64,000 nucleotides of DNA from positions 171 through 64,170 of the forward strand of contig JBDMZE010000012.1 of the NCBI GenBank assembly GCA_039769075.1, in the 5' to 3' direction. This DNA is from Akkermansiaceae bacterium (GTDB lineage Bacteria; Verrucomicrobiota; Verrucomicrobiia; Verrucomicrobiales; Akkermansiaceae). Of the stretch, positions 17,017 through 26,398 are shown one piece after another. The notes under the pieces are model-generated. The model did no database searches, was not told where the DNA came from, and saw nothing but the letters and a program-made list of their open reading frames with translations. The position numbers were made by a program, and so were the translations under genes. Position 1 is the first letter of the stretch. Each line of letters starts with the position of its first letter.

Positions 17017-17723
17017 CGGAGATCTGGTGTAAGCTGGAGTATCTCAATCCCTCCGGAACGACTAAGGATTACATCGCGCGACACATCTTGGAAAAGGCAT
17101 GGCGGCAGTGGAGAGTCCAACCTGGTGACCTTGTCGTGGAAGCCTCCTCTGGTTCGACCTCCATCGCGCTTGCGATGACTTGTGCTCAGATGGGCCTGCG
17201 CTTTCTCGCTTTCATCCCGGACACCGCCACGAGCGAGCGCTCGCTCATGATCCAGGCCTATGGTGGCGAAGTGCGGAAAGTCAGCGGCGGAATGCCCGAA
17301 GTGATCCGCACTGCTGCGGAGTTCTCTGATGACGATGGCGTCTTCCTCGCCCGTCAGTTTGAGAACGCCGACAATGCCGAAGCACATCAACTTTTCACAG
17401 CCCACGAAATCATGGTTCAGCGTCCCGATGTAAATATCGATGGTTGCTCCAAGCTCTTCGCCGACTGGCGCGAAACCCCTGGAGCGGCAAAACTCCGCGA
17501 CGTCATCATCGACGATTTCCGCTGCCTAGAGCTGACGCACAAACTTTGGAAAATGAGCTTTCCGGTGGGCCCCTCGTCTGGTCTTAATCTAGCAGCCGCG
17601 ATCGACACTGCTCGTGATCTTCAAAAAGACGCCACGATCGTCACCGTCTTCCCCGATCGCATAGAGCGCTACTTTTCGCACAAGGTCTTCGAGGGGCTTA
17701 GTAAGGCCAGTGGAACTTTGTAG
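16989..17723 (+). CDS. Degenerate, truncated cysteine synthase-like protein (PLP fold-type II)
   Basis: KLEYLNPSGTTKDY retains the PLP lysine context. SSGSTSIALA stands where SGNTG is expected, and the C-terminus reads GPSSGLNLAAA...VFPDRIERYFS. The N-terminal ~35 aa and the central GTGGT-loop segment of CysK are missing. GTG start. Confidence 0.5.
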   Translation: MPVQLDEDSPEIWCKLEYLNPSGTTKDYIARHILEKAWRQWRVQPGDLVVEASSGSTSIALAMTCAQMGLRFLAFIPDTATSERSLMIQAYGGEVRKVSGGMPEVIRTAAEFSDDDGVFLARQFENADNAEAHQLFTAHEIMVQRPDVNIDGCSKLFADWRETPGAAKLRDVIIDDFRCLELTHKLWKMSFPVGPSSGLNLAAAIDTARDLQKDATIVTVFPDRIERYFSHKVFEGLSKASGTL

Positions 17724-17777
17724 GAGGGAACAAAAAACCGTCTGCCTTTTTTACGAGACACACGGTTTTAAAAAATT

Positions 17778-17852
17778 TGGAGGCGGAGGCGAGAATCGAA
17801 CTCGCGAATACAGGTTTTGCAAACCCGCGCCTTACCACTTGGCTACTCCGCC
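17778..17852 (-). tRNA. tRNA-Cys: tRNA-Cys (anticodon GCA), CCA encoded
   Basis: The reverse complement is GGCGGAGTAGCCAAGTGGTAAGGCGCGGGTTTGCAAAACCTGTATTCGCGAGTTCGATTCTCGCCTCCGCCTCCA. It folds by hand into a 7-bp acceptor stem, 3-bp D stem, anticodon loop TTGCAAA and a T arm GCGAG/TTCGATT/CTCGC. Confidence 0.9.
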
Positions 17853-17905
17853 TTGGAGATGTCTTGATCTAATCGTGTGTGATGAGAGTGTCAACGCGAT
17901 TTGAA

Positions 17906-19126
17906 TTATTCGTCGTCGAGCCCGAACGCGGTGTGGACGACGCGGGCGGCTTCTTCGATTTGGTCTTCCTCTACGGTGACGGAAATTTTGATCTCGGAGG
18001 TGGAAATCATACCGATATTGATGCCGGCTTCACCGAGAGCTTCGAACATTTTCGCAGCAACTCCGGAGTGGGAGCGCATTCCGATTCCGACGCAGGAGAG
18101 CTTGGCAATACCGGCTTCGGTCTCGATGGCTGCATCACCGCTGAGTTCAGAGAGGACCGGCTTGAGCGCGACCTGAGCGCGACCGAGGTCGTTCGTGTTC
18201 ATGGTGAAGGAATGACGGGCGCAATCATCGGCGGCGATGTTTGAGACGATCATGTCGATATTGATCTCCGCTTCGGCGAGCGCGCCGAGGATGCGGCCGG
18301 ACATGCCTGGGGTATCAGGGATGCCGGTGATGGTGACGCGGGCTTGGGAGCGCTCGATGGAGACTCCGCGGATGACTACTGCTTCCATGGCTTCGTGTTC
18401 TTCGGTGACGATCGTCCCCGGGTTGTTATTGAGTGAGGAGCGGACCTCGAATTTGACGCCATACTTTTTGGCGAATTCGACAGAGCGCGATTGCATGACC
18501 TTCGTCCCCACCGAGGCGAGTTCGAGAAGTTCATCGTAAGAGATTTCTGGCAGCTTGCGAGCTTTCGGGACGACGCGCGGATCAGCGGTGTAGACGCCAT
18601 CGACATCGGTCAGGATCTGGCAGACGTCGGCATCGATCGAAGAGGCCACGGCGATGGCAGAGAGGTCAGAGCCTCCCCGGCCGAGGGTGTGGATGAGGCC
18701 AGCGGCGGTGATGCCTTGGAATCCGGCGACGACGATGGTCTTGTCCTCGGCAAGGCACTGCTTGAGGTAGTCGGAGTTGATTTGCTCGATGCGACCGCGG
18801 GTGTGGGATCCGCTGGTGGTGATGCCTGCTTGGCGGCCCGTGGCTGAAATGGCGGTAACGCCGAGTTCATTGAGGGCCATTGAGAGAAGGGCAATGGATT
18901 GTTGCTCGCCCGAGGATAGCAGGACGTCGAGCTCACGTTCAGCGGGATCATTTGAGATCTCCTTGGCGAGAGCGATGAGCTTGTCGGTGACTCCGCCCAT
19001 CGCAGAGATGACGGCGACGACTTGGTTCCCAGCATCGCGCTCAGCTCTAATGCGCTGGGCAACATTCTTGATGCGATCAATCGAGCCGACGGATGTTCCG
19101 CCGTATTTTTGGACAATCAAGGCCAT
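17906..19126 (-). CDS. lysC: Aspartate kinase
   Basis: MALIVQKYGGTSVG start, which I take as the real start at 19126. GGSDLSA motif and C-terminal ACT-domain region. Confidence 0.9.
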   Translation of the reverse strand: MALIVQKYGGTSVGSIDRIKNVAQRIRAERDAGNQVVAVISAMGGVTDKLIALAKEISNDPAERELDVLLSSGEQQSIALLSMALNELGVTAISATGRQAGITTSGSHTRGRIEQINSDYLKQCLAEDKTIVVAGFQGITAAGLIHTLGRGGSDLSAIAVASSIDADVCQILTDVDGVYTADPRVVPKARKLPEISYDELLELASVGTKVMQSRSVEFAKKYGVKFEVRSSLNNNPGTIVTEEHEAMEAVVIRGVSIERSQARVTITGIPDTPGMSGRILGALAEAEINIDMIVSNIAADDCARHSFTMNTNDLGRAQVALKPVLSELSGDAAIETEAGIAKLSCVGIGMRSHSGVAAKMFEALGEAGINIGMISTSEIKISVTVEEDQIEEAARVVHTAFGLDDE

Positions 19127-19175
19127 GAGTAGGGTTCGGGGTAGCGTGGAGAGTGGGGTTTGGCAAGCTTGCGTC

Positions 19176-19568
19176 CTAAGTTGATAGAACGAGTTCACGG
19201 AGACGATGGGTAGTCTGCTCCCGGTCGATCAGTGAGGCCGCGACATCGAGAACCAATTTTTCCCAAGCGGAACTGTCTGGCTTCATGTTGATACCGTTGA
19301 GTCTTAGAAAGGTGAGACCAGTCACGAAAGCTACACGTTTGTTCCCATCGACAAATGGATGATTAGACGCCAAGTAGTAAAGGTAGGCGGCACCGACCTC
19401 TACAACATCGGACATGATGGGCTTACCTCCAAAACTCGCTTGGGGGGCAGCTAGGGCGCTTTCAAGTAACCTTAAGTCTTCGATTCCTTCGCCGCCTCCG
19501 TCCTTTTTTAAGACGGCTTGATGGACTTGGATGACTTGCTCTTTTGTCGGATGAATAAATTCACTCAC
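19176..19568 (-). CDS. doc: Doc (death-on-curing) Fic-fold toxin
   Basis: 130 aa with the Fic/Doc motif HPFVDGNKRVAF. A 4-nt overlap with the upstream antitoxin gene suggests translational coupling. Confidence 0.85.
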   Translation of the reverse strand: MSEFIHPTKEQVIQVHQAVLKKDGGGEGIEDLRLLESALAAPQASFGGKPIMSDVVEVGAAYLYYLASNHPFVDGNKRVAFVTGLTFLRLNGINMKPDSSAWEKLVLDVAASLIDREQTTHRLRELVLST

Positions 19569-19795
19569 GACAGTTTCTCGAGAGTTTCACTGTAGTCAGA
19601 TAATACGGAATTGAGAGAGTCGGTGAAGGTCTCATCGTCAACAGTGCGCGTTTTGATCGGCGTGAAGGAAATCGTTCCTCCATCGTGCACCGTCACCGAG
19701 AGCTGGTCACCCTCAGAGAGATGAGCCAAATCAAGGAGGGCCGCATCGAGGATGATGCCCTTTGAGTTCCCGATTTTTTTGATGGTCTTGATCAT
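19565..19795 (-). CDS. AbrB/MazE-fold antitoxin
   Basis: MIKTIKKIGNSKGIILDAALLDLAHLSEGDQLSV is a typical SpoVT/AbrB swapped-hairpin N-terminus. I place the start at 19795; the longer track ORF overlaps hom. Confidence 0.75.
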   Translation of the reverse strand: MIKTIKKIGNSKGIILDAALLDLAHLSEGDQLSVTVHDGGTISFTPIKTRTVDDETFTDSLNSVLSDYSETLEKLS

Positions 19796-19838
19796 GTGTA
19801 AAACAATGTGATACACAGGGTGTTTTGTCAAGACAGTG

Positions 19839-21152
19839 CTAGATCTTCTCAATCCGGAAGACGACGGGGCGTGCGGTGAGGCAGTCGAGTTCTTCGACCT
19901 TTGTGAGGGCACCTTTTAATTTCCCGAAGGGACAGGAGTGGAGCAAGAAGACCATTTCGACGAAGTCGGCATCCGGGTTGTCGGGGTCGACGGGGGAGTG
20001 GGTGCCTGAGATTCCGATGCCGTGCTCGGCGAGGAGGGTCGCGATTTCAGCGATGACGCCGGGCTGGTCTTTGACCGAAAAGCGGACGTAGTAGGATGTT
20101 TCGGTCTCGGAGATCGGGACGAGCTGGCCATCGCTGCGGTAGGGGAGGAAGCCGCGGTTTGAGTCGGCATGGCGCATCGAGCGGGCTGCTTCGGCAAGGT
20201 CTGAGATGACAGAAGATGCGGTGGGCTCTTGGCCGGCTCCGCGTCCGTAGAAGAGGGAGTCGCCGAGGCCATCGCCTTTGACCGCGACGGCATTGAAGAC
20301 GCCATTGACGGAGGCAAGGATGTGCGTCTTGGAGATAAAGGAAGGCTGGGTGCGGATTTCGACCGCGCCATTATCCCTCAGCCGGACGAAGGAGAGGAGC
20401 TTGACGACGTAGCCGAGATCGGAGGCAAAGCTGATATCGAGCGGGGTGACTTTTTCGATGCCGCGGACGTAGACTTCGGTGGGATCGATGAGGAATCCGT
20501 GGGCGAGCGAGCCGAGGAGGATTGCTTTGTGAGCAGCGTCCCAGCCATTGACGTCGAGAGTTTCATCGGCTTCGGCATAGCCGAGATTTTTGGCTTCCTT
20601 AAGCGCTTCCGGGTAGCCAAGTCCGGCTTCGGTCATGCGCATGAGAATGTAGTTGGAGGTGCCATTGATGATGCCCACGATGTCCTCGATCTGGTTTCCG
20701 ATGAGGGATTCCTGGACGGCTTTAATGATAGGGATGCCTCCGGCAACGGCGGCCTCGAAGTGAATCGAGGTCTCCATTTCCGCCGAGAGGGCGAAAAGTT
20801 CCGCGCCGCGCTCGGCGAGAAGGGCCTTGTTTCCGGTGACGACGGGCTTTTTCGCTCTGAGCGCGGCTGCGACGAGGTCAAAGGCGGCGTCGGTGCCACC
20901 AATCAGCTCCACGACGATGTCGACCGAGGGATCATTGACGACCTCCATGAGGTCGGTGGTGAAGAGTTCGTCGGGGGCTTCGACGTCGCGCTTTTTGGCG
21001 AGATCGCGGACGCAGATCTTACGGATGGCAAGGCTGACGTCACCTTGTGAGCGGGAGCCGATGAGGCCGCCATTTCGCTCAATGATTTTCCAGACGCCGG
21101 AACCAACTGTTCCGAAGCCTGCGAGACCGATTCCTGTTTGGGAGCATGACAC
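19839..21152 (-). CDS. hom: Homoserine dehydrogenase
   Basis: 437 aa. GLAGFGTVGSGV NAD-binding start, central catalytic region and a C-terminal ACT domain. Confidence 0.9.
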   Translation of the reverse strand: MSCSQTGIGLAGFGTVGSGVWKIIERNGGLIGSRSQGDVSLAIRKICVRDLAKKRDVEAPDELFTTDLMEVVNDPSVDIVVELIGGTDAAFDLVAAALRAKKPVVTGNKALLAERGAELFALSAEMETSIHFEAAVAGGIPIIKAVQESLIGNQIEDIVGIINGTSNYILMRMTEAGLGYPEALKEAKNLGYAEADETLDVNGWDAAHKAILLGSLAHGFLIDPTEVYVRGIEKVTPLDISFASDLGYVVKLLSFVRLRDNGAVEIRTQPSFISKTHILASVNGVFNAVAVKGDGLGDSLFYGRGAGQEPTASSVISDLAEAARSMRHADSNRGFLPYRSDGQLVPISETETSYYVRFSVKDQPGVIAEIATLLAEHGIGISGTHSPVDPDNPDADFVEMVFLLHSCPFGKLKGALTKVEELDCLTARPVVFRIEKI

Positions 21153-21236
21153 GGCCTTTTGTTAGGTTGGATTTGGGTGAGAGGGGAGAAAAATGTCGAA
21201 GTTCGTTGAATTGCACTGCAGATTTGCGTCGTTATA

Positions 21237-22397
21237 GTGAGCAGAACGATGGATTACGGATATTCCTGGGAAGAACAGAGCTCATACGAATCGCCTAAAG
21301 ACGGTGGCATCGGCTGGGCTGTGCTTGTTGCCGTCGTGATCGCGCTGCTGCTGCACGTGGCTTTTTTGGTCTGGGGTGGATCGTATTTGATCAAGTTCGA
21401 GATGACCGAGCCTAAGGAATGGGTTTCGGAGCCGGTGCGGCTCACGACCGTTGATACTGCGCCAGAGATTATTTCTGAGCCTCCACCCGAGGAAGAAATC
21501 GAGCGGCCCGATACCGAGGGTGAGCTCATTGCCGATGTCGAGGATGTGCTGCCGGAGCTGCAGGATATCCCGATCGATATTTCTCCTCTCGGTGATGTCG
21601 CTCTGCCTGAGATGAAGATCGAAAAGCCGGCACTGAAGGGCGAGGAAGATGGCGATCTCCTCAAGCCGACTGTTGGAGTCGATGTCGCCGCTGATGTCCC
21701 CGAGCTGGGAAAAGTGGCCAATCTTTTTCCTGAGGCGAAAGCCAGTCAGCTGGTGGTAGATGCCGGAAGCCCGCTCGAAGACATTCTCAATGCCGACACC
21801 GTGACTGCCGAGCTTGGTAAGGCGAGAGGGGCAGGCGGGATTGCCGAAAATGGTCTTCTCAATGGCTACACTGGACTAGAGGCTTATTCGAAAATGTCAC
21901 CCGGTGACCTTCAGCGGAATAAGGCGAGTATCAATAGCGACCTCCTTTTTGAATTCGGAAAAACCTCCCTGCGTGATGACGCCCGCCTCAGCCTCATGAC
22001 GGTTGCGATGCTGATTGACCGGAATCCGGACATGTATTGCTGGGTTGAGGGTCACACAGACCTCTTTGGAGGGGAGGAATATAACATCGCCCTTTCCGCG
22101 AAGCGGGCTCAGGCCGTGAAGGACTGGCTGGTGAATTCACCCCAGCTTCCCGCCGAGCGCATTATCGTGCGACCTTTCGGGATGTCTCAACCTGCGGTGA
22201 AAGAAGGCTCTATCGAGGAACAGGCCCCGAACCGCCGTGTTGATATTAAGATGCGCAAGACGCTGCCTGAAGCAATCAAGGTGTTGGCGAAACCTGGGAA
22301 GGCAATGATTGTGGAAGATGATGAGAGCGATGAAAATGCCGCCCCGCTTGCGATTCCGGTCGACGAGCCGCCACTTGCGATCCCGGTGACGGATTAA
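21237..22397 (+). CDS. OmpA-family (peptidoglycan-binding) protein with N-terminal TM helix and acidic linker
   Basis: The C-terminus has GHTDLFGGEEYNIALSAKRAQAVKDWL...NRRVDI (OmpA_C). The tail carries a tandem PLAIPV duplication. Confidence 0.75.
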   Translation: MSRTMDYGYSWEEQSSYESPKDGGIGWAVLVAVVIALLLHVAFLVWGGSYLIKFEMTEPKEWVSEPVRLTTVDTAPEIISEPPPEEEIERPDTEGELIADVEDVLPELQDIPIDISPLGDVALPEMKIEKPALKGEEDGDLLKPTVGVDVAADVPELGKVANLFPEAKASQLVVDAGSPLEDILNADTVTAELGKARGAGGIAENGLLNGYTGLEAYSKMSPGDLQRNKASINSDLLFEFGKTSLRDDARLSLMTVAMLIDRNPDMYCWVEGHTDLFGGEEYNIALSAKRAQAVKDWLVNSPQLPAERIIVRPFGMSQPAVKEGSIEEQAPNRRVDIKMRKTLPEAIKVLAKPGKAMIVEDDESDENAAPLAIPVDEPPLAIPVTD

Positions 22398-22436
22398 CTC
22401 CTCCTCAGAACTGTCTAATTCTGCTTTCTTTCCGAC

Positions 22437-23237
22437 GTGGTCAATATTCTCGCTGAGCCTCCGACTTGGAAAGCCGTCATGGGTTTCGATTTCGATGACA
22501 CTCTGATGCTCGGAACCGAGCATAAGGATCGCATTGATCCGCAATTCTTCGACTGCATCCGCTGGACTCGTGCAAACTATGGCGCGGCATGGGGGATCTG
22601 CACGGGGCGCTCGCTTCCGCAGCTTGTGGAGGGTTTTAATGATGGGAAGTTTCCTTTCCTACCCGACTTTATTGTCGTGAGGGAGCGTGAGATTTACTTT
22701 CCGGGTCAGTTTGGCCGCTGGTTGCCTCATGAGAAGTGGAATAAGAGCTGTGAGAAAGAGCACAAAAAACTTTTTAAGAAGTGCAAGCGGACACTTGGGA
22801 AGGTGCAAAAATTTGTTGAGAAAGAGACGGCTGGGCGCTGGGTCTCAGTCGAAGGTGATCCGGCAGGTGTGGTCACCACCTCCGACGAAGAGATGGATCG
22901 CGTCGTCAAATTCTACGAATCACTTCCGCCAGCGGCGAATCTCAGCTACGAACGCAATAGCATCTATCTCCGTTTCACTCATATCGGGTTCCGGAAAGGA
23001 ACCTGTCTTGTCGAAGCCGCGGATCGATGGGGGATCGGTCCTGAATTGATCCTCGCGGTGGGCGATAATTTTAATGACCTCAGCATGCTTCAGCCAGAGG
23101 TCAGTGAGGCCTGCGGCTGCCCCTCCAATGCGGTTCCCGCGGTGAAGGACTTCGTTCGTGGAAGGGGAGGGAAAGTCGCTTCTAAGCCTGGTAGCCTCGG
23201 CGTGATGGAAGTGATGGGACACTATTTTAATCAGTGA
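22437..23237 (+). CDS. HAD-superfamily hydrolase (subfamily IIB-like)
   Basis: DxDxT motif I (FDFDDTL) and motif IV (GDNFNDLSML). GTG start. Confidence 0.7.
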   Translation: MVNILAEPPTWKAVMGFDFDDTLMLGTEHKDRIDPQFFDCIRWTRANYGAAWGICTGRSLPQLVEGFNDGKFPFLPDFIVVREREIYFPGQFGRWLPHEKWNKSCEKEHKKLFKKCKRTLGKVQKFVEKETAGRWVSVEGDPAGVVTTSDEEMDRVVKFYESLPPAANLSYERNSIYLRFTHIGFRKGTCLVEAADRWGIGPELILAVGDNFNDLSMLQPEVSEACGCPSNAVPAVKDFVRGRGGKVASKPGSLGVMEVMGHYFNQ

Positions 23238-23842
23238 ACCTGACCGCGGAACTCTGGGCCTTCGCGCTCGTGATGGCCATCGGGCAGTTCAGTCCCGGAC
23301 CTGATATGCTTCTACTCACGCGCACAGCGCTTGCGGAGGGGCTCAGAGCGGGCTGGCTCATGGTCGCGGGGATTGTCACCGGCCTCGCTTTTCATGCCAC
23401 TCTTGCGATCGGCGGAATGGCGGTGCTTCTTGCTCGCGGGGGAATCCTTTCCTTCATCGTGAAGATCGCGGCGGCGGTTTACTTGATTTGGCTGGCATGG
23501 GGGTTGATGAAAAAGTCACAGTCGTCAGCCGAGGACGTCATTATTCCGAAGCGCAGCCCCTACTTACGCGGGCTCTTCTGCAACCTCTTGAACCCGAAAG
23601 TCATAGTCTTTTTCGCCGGAGTCGTCGCGCCTTTTCTCACTCCTGAACATCCGAGCTGGTGGCCTTTTGCGCTCTGGACGGTCATCGTTTTAGAAGGACT
23701 CTTTCTCTGGTGCCTATGGGTTTGGCTCCTCCAGATTTCCCGCGTTCGGCGGGCTTACAAAAAGGCTGGGCGCGTCATCGATCTCGCCTTTGCGCTCGGA
23801 CTTGTCGCCCTCGCGATGAATCTACTTTTTGGGGCGTCGTGA
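23234..23842 (+). CDS. LysE/RhtB family amino-acid exporter
   Basis: 202 aa and six hydrophobic helices. The N-terminal GQFSPGPDMLLL motif is typical of LysE. Confidence 0.8.
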   Translation: MNLTAELWAFALVMAIGQFSPGPDMLLLTRTALAEGLRAGWLMVAGIVTGLAFHATLAIGGMAVLLARGGILSFIVKIAAAVYLIWLAWGLMKKSQSSAEDVIIPKRSPYLRGLFCNLLNPKVIVFFAGVVAPFLTPEHPSWWPFALWTVIVLEGLFLWCLWVWLLQISRVRRAYKKAGRVIDLAFALGLVALAMNLLFGAS

Positions 23843-24012
23843 GAGCACGAGATAAATAGCGGAAGTAATCAAGGCGACCGAAGCTATTGCCGCGAGCTGA
23901 CCGTGTGATCCTGAGAATCCTAAAAATGCAGCATGGCTGACCAAAGCGCCTGCCATTGTCCCGATTGTGAGAAGAGCGCCCTTCGAGCTGAACTTGGGAA
24001 TAAGAAGTGAGC

Positions 24013-24213
24013 CTATCGGCGGCGGCGAATCAGGCCAGCAAGAGATCCAAGCAGAACAAGTATTGTGCTTCCTGGCTCGGGGACAATCATCACTCCCAGA
24101 CTTCCTTCAAAGAAATAGGCTTGGCGGCCATCAGTGAGCGTAAGGGCATTAACGAGGCCGGCATTTTGCACATTGGTTAGGTCGACATTGGCACCATTGA
24201 ATAGTCTGCGTGG
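24013..24213 (-). pseudogene. Orphan C-terminal fragment of a PEP-CTERM protein
   Basis: The hand-translated frame ends ...YFFEGSLGVMIVPEPGSTILVLLGSLAGLIRRRR*. This is the PEP motif, a TM helix and an Arg cluster. There is no upstream start or signal peptide, and the frame is bounded upstream by the AraC stop codon. Confidence 0.6.
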
Positions 24214-24957
24214 CTAGCGGTAGAATTCACGGTAATCCTTCGGGCTCATGTGCATCACCGAGACAAAGGCGCGGGTGAAAGAGGCGTGTTCTTGGTAGGT
24301 GAGCGAGCTTGCGATCTGGCCGACACTTAAGGTGGTAGTTAAAAGGCGGTCACAGGCAGCGGCGATCCGAGCATGGACGAGGTAGCGCTTTGGGGTGGTG
24401 CCGAGATACTTCTTAAAGCGGCGCTCAAGGGAGCTTACTGACATCCCTGCGCGCTGTGCCAGATCCAGAACAGTGATCGGCTCTTCTAGGTTCTCATTGA
24501 CGTGGTCGATCAGTTCAGAAATAGCGCGGTGAGGCGTGGGGAGCGGGGGACCTTCGCCGTGCTCGAGACGTCTGGAGATGCCAGCGGTGCCAATGACGAC
24601 ATCATTTAAATCAAACAGCGGGATTTTCGAAGCCATGCGCCACTCGATTGCACCGCCGGGGCGGGTGAGGAGTTCGAGCTTGTTGTGCATTGCCTTGCCG
24701 GTGCGGAAGACTTTTTCGTCATCCTCCTTATAGACAGTAGCCATCGCACGGGGGTAGAGATCGTGATCGGTCTTTCCCACGAGATCTTCGGGCGTCGCGC
24801 GTAGGACTTCGGCACAGGCGCGGTTGGCAAAGATGATGACGCCCGTTTGATCTTTTAGCCAAAACATGACTTCGGGAAGGGCTTCGAATAAGCCAAGGGC
24901 GATCTGTCCGGAGCGCAAGCGGGAGATAAAGTCATCGAATGTGGAATGATCGGGCAT
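24214..24957 (-). CDS. PAS-domain AraC-family transcriptional regulator
   Basis: N-terminal PAS-like region (FWLKDQTGVIIFANRA...) and C-terminal AraC HTH (LDLAQRAGMSVSSLERRFKK...FTRAF). It is divergent from xylA. Confidence 0.8.
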   Translation of the reverse strand: MPDHSTFDDFISRLRSGQIALGLFEALPEVMFWLKDQTGVIIFANRACAEVLRATPEDLVGKTDHDLYPRAMATVYKEDDEKVFRTGKAMHNKLELLTRPGGAIEWRMASKIPLFDLNDVVIGTAGISRRLEHGEGPPLPTPHRAISELIDHVNENLEEPITVLDLAQRAGMSVSSLERRFKKYLGTTPKRYLVHARIAAACDRLLTTTLSVGQIASSLTYQEHASFTRAFVSVMHMSPKDYREFYR

Positions 24958-25081
24958 GGAGGGGTGTGACGAATTAAGACAAAAGAACGATGGTTTCGAT
25001 CATGGCCTTTTAAAAGAACTTTCTGCTATGATCACTACCTGACGGCGCACATGCGCTCCTACACTTTCAAAAAATAAAACC

Positions 25082-26392
25082 ATGTCCGAATTCTTTCCAT
25101 CCGTCCCTAAGATCAAATACGAGGGCGCAGACTCTGATAATCCGCTCGCATTCCACCACTACAATCCCGACGAAATGGTCGGGGGTAAGTCCATGCGCGA
25201 TCACATGCGCTTCGGAGCTGCTTACTGGCACTGCATGCGTAATGGCCTCGGCGATCCCTTCGGCGACGGCACCGCACTCATGCCTTGGGATGATGGCACC
25301 GAGAGCGAAGCAAATGCGATTGCTCGCGTTCCTGTCTTCTTCGAATTCCTCGAGAAGATCGACATTGATTACTACTGCTTCCACGACCGCGATATTTCTC
25401 CGGAAGGAAAGACGCTCGCGGAAACGCATGACATTTTTCACCGCGTCGTTGGTGAGTTTGAGAAACAGCAACAAGCGACCGGAAAGAAGCTTCTCTGGGG
25501 AACTGCCTGCCTTTTCTCCCACCCACGCTATGCGCAGGGTGCTTCCACTTCTCCCAGTGCAGATGTTTTCGCCTACGGCGCAAGTCAGGTGAAGAACGCC
25601 ATTGATGCCACTCACCGTCTCGGTGGACCTGGCTACACTTTTTGGGGTGGTCGTGAGGGCTACGGTTCACTCATCAACACTGACATGAAGCGTGAGGTCG
25701 AGCACCTCGCAGCCTTCCTTCACATGGCGGTCGATTACGCGAAAAAGATTGGCTACACCGGTCAGTTCTACATCGAGCCCAAGCCGCGCGAACCGTCTAC
25801 TCACCAGTATGACTCTGATGCCGCCGCTTGCTTGAACTTCCTTCGTGAGTTCGGTCTTATGGATCACTTTAAGCTGAACCTTGAGACCAACCACGCGACG
25901 CTTGCGGGTCACACCATGGAGCACGAGATGGAAGTGGCGATTGCGGCTGGAGCGCTCGGATCGATCGATGCAAACCGCGGTGACGAACTCCTCGGCTGGG
26001 ATACCGATCAGTTCCCGACCAATCTTTACGGCACCACGCAGGTCATGCTTCGTCTTCTTAAGGATGGTGGCTTCACCACGGGTGGACTGAACTTCGATGC
26101 CAAGCGTCGTCGTGAGAGTCACGAGCCAGAGGATCTCTTCCACGCACACATCGGTGGCATGGATGCCTTCGCTCGCGGTCTTAAGATTGCCCATAAGATC
26201 ATCGACGACGGCCGCATGGGCGACTTCGTAAAAGTTCGTTACGATTCCTTCGACTCCGGTATTGGAGCGCAGATTGAGTCTAAGAGCACCGACTTCGAAG
26301 CTCTCGATGAGTATGCGAAAGGCATCAATCCTCCGCAGCTTGCGAGTGGTCGCCAAGAGCAGCTCGAGAATCTCTTCAACGATTACATTTAA
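25082..26392 (+). CDS. xylA: Xylose isomerase
   Basis: 436 aa. [34 protein letters not shown] and DANRGD motifs. Confidence 0.95.
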   Translation: MSEFFPSVPKIKYEGADSDNPLAFHHYNPDEMVGGKSMRDHMRFGAAYWHCMRNGLGDPFGDGTALMPWDDGTESEANAIARVPVFFEFLEKIDIDYYCFHDRDISPEGKTLAETHDIFHRVVGEFEKQQQATGKKLLWGTACLFSHPRYAQGASTSPSADVFAYGASQVKNAIDATHRLGGPGYTFWGGREGYGSLINTDMKREVEHLAAFLHMAVDYAKKIGYTGQFYIEPKPREPSTHQYDSDAAACLNFLREFGLMDHFKLNLETNHATLAGHTMEHEMEVAIAAGALGSIDANRGDELLGWDTDQFPTNLYGTTQVMLRLLKDGGFTTGGLNFDAKRRRESHEPEDLFHAHIGGMDAFARGLKIAHKIIDDGRMGDFVKVRYDSFDSGIGAQIESKSTDFEALDEYAKGINPPQLASGRQEQLENLFNDYI

Positions 26393-26398
26393 GCCATC

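Noticed and set aside
17733-17777. Possible bidirectional terminator between the CysK-like ORF and tRNA-Cys (aaaaccgtctg...cacacggtttt).
   Set aside because: The stem is A/U-rich and needs a 4-nt bulge, so it is too weak to call confidently by hand. I did not list it as a feature.
19127-19175. Looked for a lysine riboswitch or T-box leader upstream of lysC.
   Set aside because: Only 49 nt separate the doc stop from the lysC start, far too short for an L-box. I saw no conserved L-box-like helices.
24013-24957. The PEP-CTERM tail is in the same frame as, and directly follows, the TAG stop of the AraC regulator. This could suggest a readthrough fusion.
   Set aside because: A cytoplasmic DNA-binding regulator with an exosortase sorting tail makes no biological sense. 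There is a 1-in-3 chance of sharing a frame. I interpret it as coincidence at a rearrangement scar.
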